The position numbers and the translations under genes were made by a program. A stretch of DNA of 64,000 bases from Tubiluchus corallicola (Eukaryota > Animalia > Priapulida), in NCBI GenBank assembly GCA_030141605.1, contig JAQGDQ010000003.1:1302001-1366000 (forward strand), read 5' to 3'. This document shows, in pieces, positions 1 to 12,732 of the stretch. The notes below the pieces were generated by a model. That model did not search any database. It saw only the letters and a program-made list of their open reading frames with translations, and was not told the origin of the DNA. Positions within the stretch are counted from its first letter, which is position 1; the number at the start of each line of letters is the position of its first letter.

Positions 1-2296
1 AACTGCTTGATGTTTCTCAGTACCTGTAAACTCAAAACCCACCACATCTTTGGGTATGCGCTCTAAAATGTGACGGCAATTTTTAAAGCTAGATATTTTT
101 TCCTAAGTAGATAGATCTCTAATTAGACGGATTTGAGAAAATGTCAATAGTCCATTTGTTCTCTAAACATAATACACGAAGTGGGCATATATATCGAAGA
201 AATGACATTTTTACAATTTTCATTAATGACAATAAATTAGTATCTTGAATACTCAATACTTTTCACTACTTTTATGAGTACCAAAGATCGCAATGGAATA
301 TGTGTCACTGGAACCAATTCTAGCGGCTTGAAATCAGCGTATTTAGCTGGTGAAAGTGAAACGACAACATATGACCCACTATGATCACAGTAATAGCGGC
401 AGGTAAAACCTTGCTAATGACTTCAACCAGGATGGTTTTAAAGGGTTGCTAGCTGAAAGGTTATTTTAATAACGCACCCATTTCTTCTCGGTGTTTATCA
501 GGCTTCACGGGTCTTTCATTTCACCAAGCGTGCCAACTAGGATATATAAACCGTGTTAACGAATAGTTCGGTAGCATGTGTTTCACAGAAATACAAAAAC
601 AACGAATCAATTCAAAATTATTCTGTAATAAATAGTGGACTAATGAATTGATGGTTTTTTTCACGTAACAGCCCAAGTGTGAGTCAAATCGTGAAAAACG
701 AGAAGCAAAATCTTCTCAACGGGAAAATGCGATAAGGAAAGAGGAGGACGTCGATTTGGTTTTACTAAAAACGCAAGAAATTCTGCAGAGTCTTAAAGTG
801 CAATTATTATAGGTAAGGTGCGTCATCGGTAAACATAGTGATTACAGAAACACTAAGATATAATAGCGGTAGTTTGGTTGCCTTCAGTTTTCTCGCTAAA
901 ATACTCCGTGCAGTTTAAAATTTAGAATGCTGTCAGGCTAACATCAACAAATGATGTGTATACTGTGGAGGTCGTTGCATACATTTTAAAGAATCACTAT
1001 TTCATTGAATTCCATGTGTGAGACGGGTGCGAGAGCGGGGGTCGTCCAACGGAGTATCATTTATCGGGTCTACCGGGCTACTGGGTACAAAAACATTGAG
1101 TTTGGGGGACAATTTGGGTCAAAAAAATCTGTGATTGATCACTTTACAGACAATGAATGGTGGCATGTTATCTGAGGTCCTGTAAAACAAACAAAAAAGA
1201 TTCTGGACAGCATTGTTAGTAGACATCTATGTTTCTCCTTTGCAACTCATATTTCGTATAGCCCTGTTCAAATACATGTAAATTATCTCAGTCATGACCA
1301 ACATTTCTGATAGGTTGTAAATGTGGGTAACAATTTCTCTGTGTTACGTGGCGATGGGGTGCACTTTCATTTGTTCGTCATTACAAATTTTACATTGCTG
1401 GTACATATACAACTTGTGTTTGCCTGTTCGGGGATAAGTGATTCAAATAGCAGAACTGGAAAAATATTTGAACTAAATTGTTTCTCCCTATGTAGCTAAT
1501 AAGTATGGCTAAGTTTGATTGAAACTACTATTATTTAAAATAAGTTCGTTTTAATTTTAGCCTGACGTTGCAGGGAACGTAATGAGACGAATCTCATCCG
1601 ATCGAGTCCATGGACCCTTATGATAAGAACCGGTACAGGATATGGGGAAGCAGAGCACCCGACAGCATTAGTTACCTATCACGAAGAGACTAGAAACTCA
1701 GAACCACGAAAAATACAGAAAGTGTAGTTTATTATAGCAAATTTATTAGGTTTTGATCACGTGTTGTCATGACTGGGTCACGTTCTTGTAATAAAATGAT
1801 TAATTAATTACCATTCAAATAATTAACGCCTATAAAAATGTCTGCCTTACAAGCACTAGAAACAATTTATTAATGCATTGTACAGCTACTTATAGCATAG
1901 GGCTAAATATAAACTCTTCACTAACACAATCTTGCGAAATTTTTCCATTGTAACGGTGGTCGTTTATACTTGACAACTATAATTGTGTAATCATATGCAA
2001 TTGCGAATATAATATGATTTTGTAGATGATCAATTGCAAATTTTGGGGATTACTCGTTTGCGATGTTTTCTTATAAACAGATATATTGAAACCGTGAAAT
2101 CGCTCTCGTTATTGTTCATGCAAATAACTTTTCGGCCAGTTCCTATAATGTGGTGTCACAATAGAGTAACTTCGTATTCTAAATCTTTACGATTAAACAG
2201 ATTCGTGGCAACGCTAAATAAACGGTGTCCCAAATAACACAGTTGGACAGAAAAAACTTAATGAGCCAGTAACCCAATAAGTTGCATTCCAAACTC

Positions 2297-3400
2297 GTTA
2301 AGATTTTGTTATAGCAAAATTTTGCTGTTTTCACCCTGTTATTACGATTTATCATTATTTATTCTCCGCCACTTTCACACTTAATAACTCGTAAGACTTG
2401 CAAGCTAGGGTCACCAAGCTCACAGGATGGGTAACCCTGGGTGGGGCACGGACAACAGTGCGCTGACTGCTGACCACTAGTCGAAGGACCTTTAGCTCGC
2501 AACTCCTCCTAGGGCTTTCGGTTTTTCCCATTTTTTTCAGAAGTATATGGGTACTGTAGGGTAGATGTGCGCCTGGAGTTTTAAAAAGCTGATGAGTTTT
2601 AAATGCTCGAGGGAGGTGTCAGAATGCGAAATTTGGGATCCCCCAATTGGTAACCTTTTACACGCTGAGGGCTAGGGACACAAACCTCACAGGGCACACT
2701 TTTCTTTAGGATCCATCTGCTCCTATAGTTTCCGAACTAGGGCACAATATTTGGCATGTTAGTAAGCGGGGTGGCGCCCTTGTATATCACAAAATATGTA
2801 TAGGAAAATTTTCCGCGAGGGAACAAAAACCGAAAAACGGGGGTCGGGAACAGAAGTGCACCGAGTGTTGAGCAATGGTGCCTTGTACTTATAGCATATT
2901 AAACGAAAGGTCTCAGTGAGGCGGATGGACTGGTATACGTTACAATGAGAATAGTTAACCCGCGACCCCGTTATGAGGCTTATATAGAGGTTGAGGAGAC
3001 AAATGCCTTCCATTATCAACTGGAACTCGCTTGTAGTATATCAAATCAAAGGTCTCAATGAGACCAATTGAATGGTAATAATTGCTTAGCGATTGGTTAA
3101 TCTCTGACCCCAGTAAGGGCAAAAATTTACAAATGGGAAATGCATCATTTGTCTAGGAATAGCACAATGTAGCATATCAAATGAAAGCTCGATAAGGCGA
3201 ATCAAATAGCGTAGGTTACAATGAGTATGGTTAATCTGCAACCCTTCTAGGGGACAAAATAGGGGTCGATGAGGCAAATGCTTTCCAGTATCAGCCAAAA
3301 TTAGCTTGTAGTACATCAAACGAAAGGCCTCAAAGAGACAATTGAATGGTATCAGTTAAGCCGAGTTTGGTTGACCTCTGACCCCTGGGTTACAGGTTGA
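2297..3400 (+). mobile_element. Non-autonomous interspersed repeat, Helentron/DINE-1-like, copy 1
   Basis: Collinear similarity to 49286-50272. 5' hairpin AAGATTTTG..CAAAATTTT. Internal ~140-bp subrepeats carry ATCAAATGAAAGG-like cores near 2894, 3036, 3172 and 3311. Family assignment is inference. Confidence 0.7.
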
Positions 3401-3857
3401 AATGTCACAAGTTGCCATTTCATTATGAAGTGCAGTTCCTATACATTCAAGCAAACCGAATTCGATAAAACAAAGTTAGAACTTTCAAGGAAAAGGCTGG
3501 TGTCTTTTCAATGCCCAATTCTGTAACTATATACCAATTTTTTCAAAATCTTCAGTTTTTGACCACGTCAGAAACGTTATCAACGAATTAAAATTTAAAA
3601 TTGTTATACGTGTTACTTCAACTAATAAAGCCAGCTAGAGTGAATAATTTCGTCGAGTAACATAACGGCGTTAAACCACTGTTATCTATGGCTTCCATCA
3701 TCTGGTACAAATTTAAAACATTGTTTATCAAATTGTTGGAAACCAATTCTAGTTCCACAATTATTCCCACTTATTTCACGTACTTGACTACGAAAGCACA
3801 CAAAAGAGAAAGCTGCATCTAAGTTAATATTCTGGCAAGCAGTTAAAAAACCTACAG

Positions 3858-4078
3858 TTAATTAACCTCTAAACTTAGTAGTAATTCTTGGATTAACGAC
3901 TTGACGTAAATACGAAACATGTAATAAGCAGATAAAAAATCATGTGTTTTGAAAAAAGTCTCAGTTAAAGCGAAAGGCAGAGTTGTGGGAATTAACCCAC
4001 GTGCGTATTCTACCATCCACGTTCCTCCTGCCCACTGGACTGCTGATGCCTCTCCCCAATCATGCCGGACAGTCTCAC
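3858..4078 (-). CDS. SIGMAR1: Sigma-1 receptor terminal exon 4b (distal, canonical-like cassette); isoform B ~216 aa
   Basis: Acceptor gtttcag|, (G)ETVRHDWGEASAVQWAGGTWMVEYARGLIPTTLPFALTETFFKTHDFLSAYYMFRIYVKSLIQELLLSLEVN*. Closely parallels human [34 protein letters not shown]. Absent from the ORF track in this frame. Confidence 0.92.
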
Positions 4079-6203
4079 CTGAAACGACAGTGAAAACATT
4101 GCAAGAAACGTTTGCGCATTACTAATCACAAGTGAGTGAATGTGTGAGTAGCATAGCGATTGTGAGTGTGCTGAATCATTGAATGCATTGGATTTGTACA
4201 TTTTTGCTTAAAAATGTTTAGTAGCAGTAGCATCAGTAGCAGAAGCAGCAACGGCAGCAGTTAGTGTGTTTACACATATGCACGCACGTACACGCGCACT
4301 CTCACACATACACAGGCTTATGCACTGCGTGCCAAACGATTATAAATGAGCAGGACAACAGCATTTCATTTAATTATTTTTCAAAATGATCTTGAGCTCA
4401 AACCATGGCAGAATTACTTTGACCTCAAGCCGAAGTAGAATGACTTTGACCTCAAACCGAGGCAAAATGACTTTGACCCCAAAATAAGGTAGAGTAGGGA
4501 CTGAGGAAAAATCTATACCGGGTCATATCAATCCTACGGAACATAGTTTTAGCATGGTTCAGCCACAAACGTTTATATATGCAATGCGTAACTGTCGTTA
4601 CCTCATCAGAGTGAATGACAAATTCTTTCTTGATTATAGAATAAGAACCATCACGTGGATTTTATTCACATCACGTGGCATTTGCTGCATTGCATTCTGT
4701 CGCGCCTATCTTCGGAAGGTACAACAATACTGTGAAAAGGGCTTTTGTCAATACATGTAGCAACATAAACCGAACTCCTTTAGTGGCACAAACACTTTAT
4801 TATTGACTCTCTTTTCTGTACACTATGTTGCGACTACTAGATTAAAACTGTAAAAGCTCAAATCTGTTGAAACTGGTTAACCTTGGGCAATGTATATCAG
4901 AAACCAGTCAGGTAAGAAAATGATTCACTGTAGTCTAACTTGCTGTAAAGTTGTAATGTTGCTAAAGTTTATAAAGTTCATAAACAAACTCTTGAATCAG
5001 TTCACGACAAATACCAAGTTCGCATGTACTTATAAAATCTTCCTTGGTTCGCGAGCTTATTATTATTATCATTAATAAGTCGGCCTCAAAATAAAAATTT
5101 AAAAGAATGGTCAATGGTCATACGTCATGGACAGGTTCCCTAGACGAGGGGAGATGATACAGTCTTTATAAAATATTCTTTGAACTATATGTAGAATATA
5201 GGCTTACAACAGAAAAGCTGCATCTAAATAAACGTGCTTAGTTTCTATGGACCTAAATAAAAGGTTAGAAGTTTGATACCAAAACTTTACTTACACTTTC
5301 TCGTTTTCAGATCATATTGCTTTAAAATATCACCCACGTGCGAGTTAAGGCATTTGCTATACTAGTGTGCAAGAGTGGAGGAAATGCGTACATTAAAATC
5401 TTTTAAATAAATCTAACAATGTTACATAATTTAAATACTAATAACAATATAAAATATCTTTTAAATGAGCTAGTATTAAATATTAATATAGTAGTACATT
5501 AACGTATTTCATCAAATTATTATGCTAAATAAAATTTTTCTAATAGCCTAACCTAAATTAGATGCTAATTTACAGAAATCAAACATTCTTTTTTGGACTA
5601 GATGAAAATCTGATCATCCTCCAAAAATACTCAAAAATATTGGTCACTTAATTTAACATTGCAGGTTTTCATTGGATTTTTTCAAGTCATACTTTACTGA
5701 ATTTCCGGTGTAAGCTTTCAGAATAAAGATACGTATTTAACTATCAATTGTTTTTAATCTGTGACCGTTTCTTGGACCACTTCATGGCGCATAACCAAAC
5801 ATGAAGAGCTTGGATCACCGACTAAATTAAGGATAACAAGCAATAAATATACAATTAATCTGAGAGCTTGAACGAAGAGCCGCTATATATCTTTTCAGCC
5901 TTAAGGCATGAGTCGTTTCAGAACTGAAACAACGACCTCCTCCATAAAAACTAAGCACCCAACCTGTGAACCCTGCCTGACTCTTCTACGATAATAATCG
6001 ACCATGTGGTAAATGATGATGATTCTTTCTAATAGACATTAAAACTTAATGTCAGCACATGTATTCATTAAAGCTGAAAATTACTACATTATCATTTATA
6101 AGTGTTAATGGCTATTAAAACCTTCGGTTGAATTCTTTTAAATTTCATTTCATCTTTCAATCATTAACTAAACAGAAATGGAGTTTTAAAGTCTGAATTT
6201 TAC

Positions 6204-6296
6204 CTAAAGTGTAAGTTGTTGCGGTCAAATCACCCTCCTTCCACTGAACGAATGTTCCAGTTAAAATGGTGTCTGTTATATTAGCCAAATAACGAC
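6204..6296 (-). CDS. SIGMAR1: Sigma-1 receptor exon 3b (distal, canonical-like cassette)
   Basis: Acceptor ttttcatag|, 93 nt, phase 1-1, (G)RYLANITDTILTGTFVQWKEGDLTATTYTL(G), donor |GTAAAA. Confidence 0.9.
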
Positions 6297-6742
6297 CTAT
6301 GAAAAACAGTATAAAAGGGTAGTTTAACGAAAGGTACCGGTTTATCGCTCGATTAATGGTTGACATACAAATCAAAGAGTAAACGACAGAATAAATGGTT
6401 ACATAAAATGTATGCACACGACGAATCTAAGGTCAGTGTTTCATAAAGACCTAGTATTGAAAATTCCCATTTTGCTTCTAAAGATTCAGTCCAATGTGTA
6501 CAGTGTTATTATTACTATCATCATCATCTAAGGAATAACAGAATATTAGGCAGGATTGTAGAATACGCACTAAAGACACGGACGTACTCTGCAAACAATT
6601 GTTTTTATTCCACTCGCAAATCGCAATATGTATGGCAAAATTTTGCATAACAAACCACAAACACTTATATTCCGAATACAGTCACAACAGGTATACGGAA
6701 ATAAAACAGTCAGTTCTCTTTCCAGTACCGAAGGAATACGTT

Positions 6743-7286
6743 CACAGTCGGCTCTTCCACTAGGCAAAATAGGCAGTTGCCTAAAGCGCCAATTTTTTTT
6801 TTGGGGGGGGAGCTGAATTCTGGAATGACTCTTCAGGAGCGGAATATACGAAAAGTAAAAAAAAACAAGCGGCGATAATGCACAGCAAAAAGAATCTCTA
6901 ATGAAGTATATGCAAGCAGACCAGAGTTGTGGTTGTAAAGATGATGAAGCTAGTGAAATGGATGTATACGTGAAAAAAGGACATAGGGTTCAAAAATTTA
7001 GTGACGAAAATGCAGAAGAAAAGTTTTGGCAAGAGTACCAGAAAGTGCAGAAATTTGCTTCTGAGGACCCGGGACATACAGTGGGGCCGTAAATTCAATT
7101 TAAAATGAAACCAACATAAACTGTAACACATGTTTAAGCCTAACCCACAGATACCATCATACTTTATTATAAAATTATACAAGAAAAATTGGAGGTGCGT
7201 TGGGGAAAGTTGGAAAAGGGGTTTATCGTTAAGCAGACGTTAAAGTACTTCTGCCTATGGGATCAAACTACCTAGAGCCGGCCCTG
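6743..7286. mobile_element. hAT-like MITE in the SIGMAR1 locus, between the two cassettes
   Basis: Left end CACAGTCGGCTCT, right end AGAGCCGGCCCTG (reverse complement CAGGGCCGGCTCT). Subterminal TAGGCA/TGCCTA motifs. Degenerate 8-bp flanks AATACGTT/AACATGTA. Confidence 0.55.
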
Positions 7287-8825
7287 AACATGTAATTTCT
7301 AATATATCTTCAGTGTGTATCACTTGGCTTAAATAGTACTGTAACTGATTGCGTTTTAGTGGCTAATTTAGTGACAATTAAGTGATTAATAATAGTGACT
7401 TTACTCATTGATTACCAAACAGCATAAAGACATCAAATATGAGAACATGTACTTTTCTAACTAATCACCAAAGAAACTGATTTATTGTTTCACAATGAAA
7501 TACAATATCTTCCCCTAAGAAATAGTGAAAAACAATTAACACCAATTACAATACATGATCATTAAAAAGACTGTATAAGACATGTTTCACACTTATCACA
7601 AAAAATTACCACAAACATCATAGCTATTACTACTAAAACTGTTATAGTGGAATGATCAAAAAACAATATCATGAAACCAAATGCAAAGACTAGCTTGCAA
7701 AAAACTCCCAGGTGCAAAATTGTCAGAAAATACAAGTTATCACCTGAGCTTAAATGCTATCATTTTGCCAATTCAAATAACACCTGTGCATAAAGGAAAA
7801 GAAATCAAATGTTGATACTTCTAATATTATTTTTCTCAATTATCGAAGAAAAAAGTACTGAAAATAAGTGGATCTTTAATGGTCACATGAAATTTGAAAC
7901 GCCTCTAAGTTTCGAAGTATTTAATAAATAACTGCACAAGTCACAAGGGTAACACTAGCAAATACCTGGCTAAGAAAGAAAGACTAATATAGGTTACACA
8001 GTTGTTAGTGTTTGGCCTTGGCCATAAGCACTCTTTTACAAATAATGCAAAAACTAAACACTGGTTTTACCATGTACGGACAGAAGTGCTGAATTGCATA
8101 TAGCCAAATAACCTACAGCTTAAAGCCTCACTAAGTCATGAAACTCAAATCTTTTCGATTTGTTTCTTTTTAAAATTTTAATATTTCTGAAAAATTTTAT
8201 TAGTAATTTTATGCACACTAACTAGAATTTGTTGTGCACTTTTGCTTTTGTAACACCCTTTGCATGTAATTTTCTATTTATCTCCTCTTCCCTGTAAGAG
8301 GTCTCCATGCTTAACGTAGCCTAGTACTTAATCTAGTTTAAATCCGGCATTATATATGAAATAATTGTACCAGAACAACAATTTACATTAAACAAAGTAC
8401 CAGTGTCACTATCACAATAGTAATTTTCTTCAAATTCACCACAAGCAAGCAAAGTAAGACATTATGCATACTATACAGCGATATTTTCTTTTTTATGAAA
8501 CTGGCATTCATTATAACCTACAAATCTTAAAACGATATAAAGAGGAGGCATATGTGCCAATGTATGCATGTGTCAAAAACTGCTAGAGCTAGATGAAACA
8601 CTTATCCAAGGCTGATGCAGCAGGTAAGGTGTGGTAACACCATTGTTAAGTCTAATCAGATCATGAGTAAATATACAAAATAACAAATTACAATCTAAAC
8701 AATATGAAGCTAAAATCAAAATGTAACTGACCTCATTGCAAAATTACAAATATTAACCACTTACTAGTTCTACTATGTCTGCCACATTTGTCATTTTACT
8801 GTATATTAACTAATTTCCAAAAATT

Positions 8826-9503
8826 GAAAAAAAATTCCAGGTTAATTACATAACACTGTTTCCATGATGTTATGTGCATTAACATAAATTTACGAAAATT
8901 GGAGACGGAATTAGTGTTGTACTCCATACTTTCAAATAGTTCACACTTTGTATAATACATATTTAGTAAATATTGAGTATGTTCAATATAGCAACTCACA
9001 ACAATAAAAACTATTAAATTTGACATAAAGTTGCTCCTCTTCTTTGTATTTTGAAAAAAATTCCAGGTTAATTACATAACACTGTTTCCATGATGTTATG
9101 TGCATTAACATAAATTTACGAAAATTGGAGACGGAATTAGTGTTGTACTCCATACTTTCAAATAGTTCACACTTTGTATAATACATATTTAGTAAATATT
9201 GAGTATGTTCAATATAGCAACTCACAACAATAAAAACTATTAAATTTGACATAAAGTTGCTCCTCTTCTTTGTATTTTGAAAAAAATTCCAGGTTAATTA
9301 CATAACACTGTTTCCATGATGTTATGTGCATTAACATAAATTTACGAAAATTGGAGACGGAATTAGTGTTGTACTCCATACTTTCAAATAGTTCACACTT
9401 TGTATAATACATATTTAGTAAATATTGAGTATGTTCAATATAGCAACTCACAACAATAAAAACTATTAAATCTGACATAAAGTAGCTCCTCCTCTTTGTA
9501 TTT
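8826..9503. repeat. Tandem repeat, 226-bp unit x3, near identical
   Basis: Near-identical translated ORFs recur at a 226-bp period (ends 9026/9252/9478). Units start at ~8826, 9052 and 9278. Confidence 0.95.
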
Positions 9504-10007
9504 TTAATGAAACTGTGGGCAACATTTTGTGAATCTTCTGGATTCAGTTCAAGTTAATTTTTAAGTTATCCTAGATTTATTAGGTGTACAACAAAATTAT
9601 TCATTAGGTGTACAACAAAATTATTCCCTTGTCTTTCATTAGATTATATCATCAGATATCAAAATTAACAAACCAACAAATTTTGAGTAGATTATTCAAG
9701 CAGATCACAGACACATTGTGCAGACATTCACAAATGATTTCATTTCAGTTCTTCCAATGCATTTAGAAATTATAACACAAAAATTTATCACTGGCATAAG
9801 TCCTATATTGTTTAGGCCACTTGTTACCAGGTCATTTAAAATTTCATGGTTTTTGATTAGCAAAGATACTACAAAAGCTTCCTCTTACAGTCAACAAAAG
9901 ATATCTTCTCAAAACTGAACAATTAAAATTAAAAAATGTCAGGCAGCATGTGATTTTGGACTGATTCCCAAATATTAATGTCACAAAAAATTAGCTATCA
10001 AAACTTT

Positions 10008-10234
10008 TTAACCTAAATAGTAACCCACATAAAACTGTAATTCGTGCCAAGTAGCTATAGCAAAGATCCTTAACATTTTAAACATTGACGAGAAATCGTG
10101 CGTGCTAAATAACATATCAGACATCATAAAAGGAACAGATGTGTAGGGCAAGCCACGTCCATATTCAACTCCAAATGTTCCAGCCGCAATTTTTATCGCA
10201 GATGCCTCTCCCCATTTCGTACTGATTGTATCAC
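10008..10234 (-). CDS. SIGMAR1: Sigma-1 receptor terminal exon 4a (proximal, divergent cassette); isoform A ~218 aa
   Basis: Acceptor tactag|, (G)DTISTKWGEASAIKIAAGTFGVEYGRGLPYTSVPFMMSDMLFSTHDFSSMFKMLRIFAIATWHELQFYVGYYLG*. VEYGRG and FSTxDF motifs present. Confidence 0.9.
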
Positions 10235-12639
10235 CTAGTAAAGACAAGCCAATTTATGTATTAGCTTTTGATAAGGGATAATTTCAAAAACAGGCCACTA
10301 CATGAAATGTAAATAGTGCAAGTTAAAAGAAATACTTAGTAAAATTAAGATACTTCAATTACTATAACTGTGCTGATTTAAACTTGTATTGCCCCTCTTT
10401 TCTGTTATAAATTGGTTTCCTTTTAAACAGGTCATGTGACCGGTCTTTTACCTGTACACTTACCTGTATATTGGAGTCACTCACACACTGCAGTTACAGA
10501 TTGTTTAGCGTCATTCATTGATTCGTTGTTATAATTTCATAATTACACTTATAGAAGATCACCATGTAAGTTGATTTATTAATTTCTTAAATTTTGAACC
10601 TTTGTTTATTAAAAAGATTAGATTAATTAGACTAGAGATTAGATTTTATAATTTTTAAAACTTTGTATAGTTAATTAGATCAATTTGGTTTAAATTTTGC
10701 CATAAAATTGAGCAAAATTATATAAAATTGTCTTATTTGTTATCAGATTAAACGATAAAAGCTACACAATTATGTTGTTGGAGATTTTATGGAGATTTTT
10801 TATAAGGTAGCACAATAACTAAATAAGTACTCTAGGCAATTATAAAACTTATTTCTTAAGCAAATATTTCAAAGTAAGAAATGCTTTACGAAGCATGCTT
10901 CCACTTAGGACCAACTACCGATTCAACTGGACAACTATAATTCTAAAATTGGTGGTAAGCCATTAAGTCAACATCAACAAATGTTGCACTTCCTTTGCAA
11001 AAATTTGAGATAAATATACATGAGACATGAGCATGATTTTTGTCAATTGAACAGTATTCAACTAGAGCACTAAAATTATTTTATATATCAGTGATCAACT
11101 CTGGTTTGACAGTAAATGCTGGTGGTGTGTCAGAATTGTAAATAATGGAATAAAGCTGCTTCCCTTTTTATTCAGGAGTTTCGTGATATTGCAGGTTAAA
11201 AATGCAAGTACTCAATACTAGTTAAAACTCAGTTTAGAAAATTTATTTCACACAAGATGTGCAACACTCATGCTAACTAGTAAATACCTCCTAAAATTAA
11301 AAAAGACTCAGCATACTAGTTTGCAGCTATGTTTTGACATGCTAACCCTGCCCTAGCACTCATTATTAACAGCATAAAGTATAACTAGCTGAAATCTTAA
11401 CTGTACTGAATATTCACTGGGTTTCTTACAAAAGCTTAAATTAAAAATAGGCCAGCATCACATTACAGTTTTTATCAACAAACTTTAAAAAATATGATGC
11501 ACAAGTTGCAGTTTAAATGGCTTTTAGTGAAAAACGACTATTACCTGCCATTACTACATTTTATATATTATCCAACTGACAAAAACGGAATAATTGTTAA
11601 AACTAACTGTGCCTATGCATAACAAAACCTACCACAGTGCTCAATCTTAGATATGTCTTAATCTTTGTATTTTGCTGTACACATATGGTGAGAATTTTTG
11701 CCAATATATATTGTTCCTAAAAGCTAAGCTTTTGTCAAATACAAGTTTTGCTATATGTGTAGCTACCTTGATTCTAAAAGAATCACTGGCAGGCAGTTGC
11801 AAGTTTAGCAGCCTGCAGACGCTGATCTTGACGAATGTGGTACAGAAGAAATAATTTGCAGTAAACAAAATAGGTGCCTCTAGGCTCTACTAGTGTAGTA
11901 ATATATCCAAGTAATTAAATGAACATTTTATTACAGTATCGCGCAGGCTTCAAAAAATGCACAATAAGAAGTTTGGCAGATATTTTCATAAGTCTACATT
12001 TTTTGTTTGGAAAATATTGAATTAGACGGTAAAAAACAAAATTCGACATGTTCAGTTATTTTGTCCTATATGTCTAGTATCGCTACTTCGTGTCTTCACA
12101 CAGTATGTGTCGTTTTGGTAAATTATATCACAATTATGAAAAAGTACTTATTTACTGCATTATGGTGCCACCTACAGCCAGAAGAAAAATGTTTAAAACC
12201 TGATGGATTTATATTAAATGAATTCATAAATTTAATGAATAAGTTTATAAATTTAGTAATTTACCCATTTTAGTAATTAGTAAGTTTTACAAATAGCAGC
12301 ATGATATTTGGTTAATAAACAGTAACTTTACATTTTGATAATGGGCTATATAATACCTTACTTCAGAATTTTCAGAAGATTTCATTATACCATTGAAAAA
12401 AATACCCTAGAAGCCCTAAAAGGCTCACTATTCGTCAATTATGCAGAACACTATGAACTATTAAAAGAAAATGATTAGTATTCAAGGAATAAAGTTCTAG
12501 GTGACTTAAAATTGAAGCACAACAGAACAGGTTCACAAATTCATAACACATGACAGAAATCCAGTGTAAAATTTAATTTATAACCCAACTTTAGTGCTTC
12601 AATTGAAGCCATTTTAGAAAAGAAATTTTATATATTTAC

Positions 12640-12732
12640 CTGCATTATAGGTTTGTGTCCTCAGTTCACCTTCTTTCCAAGTTGTTACAGATCCAGTAAG
12701 CACTACCTGTGTCACGTTTACCCAGTGTCGAC
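12640..12732 (-). CDS. SIGMAR1: Sigma-1 receptor exon 3a (proximal, divergent cassette)
   Basis: Acceptor ctag|, 93 nt, phase 1-1, (G)RHWVNVTQVVLTGSVTTWKEGELRTQTYNA(G), donor |GTAAAT. Aligns to human [22 protein letters not shown]. Confidence 0.88.

Noticed and set aside
6012-6082. C/D box snoRNA-like pattern (ATGATGA...CTGA)
   Set aside because: It is antisense to the host SIGMAR1 intron, has only a weak terminal stem, and has no recognisable guide.
8796-9478. Three near-identical minus-strand ORFs, or a CRISPR-like array
   Set aside because: These are a by-product of a 226-bp tandem repeat. There are no unique spacers, and the context is eukaryotic.
6297-10007. A second full SIGMAR1 paralog (own exons 1-2) feeding exons 3b-4b
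   Set aside because: No TM-type exon 1 or AGGWMG/HAS-EY exon 2 sequence was found by eye or in the ORF track for this interval. A very decayed copy cannot be excluded without tblastn.
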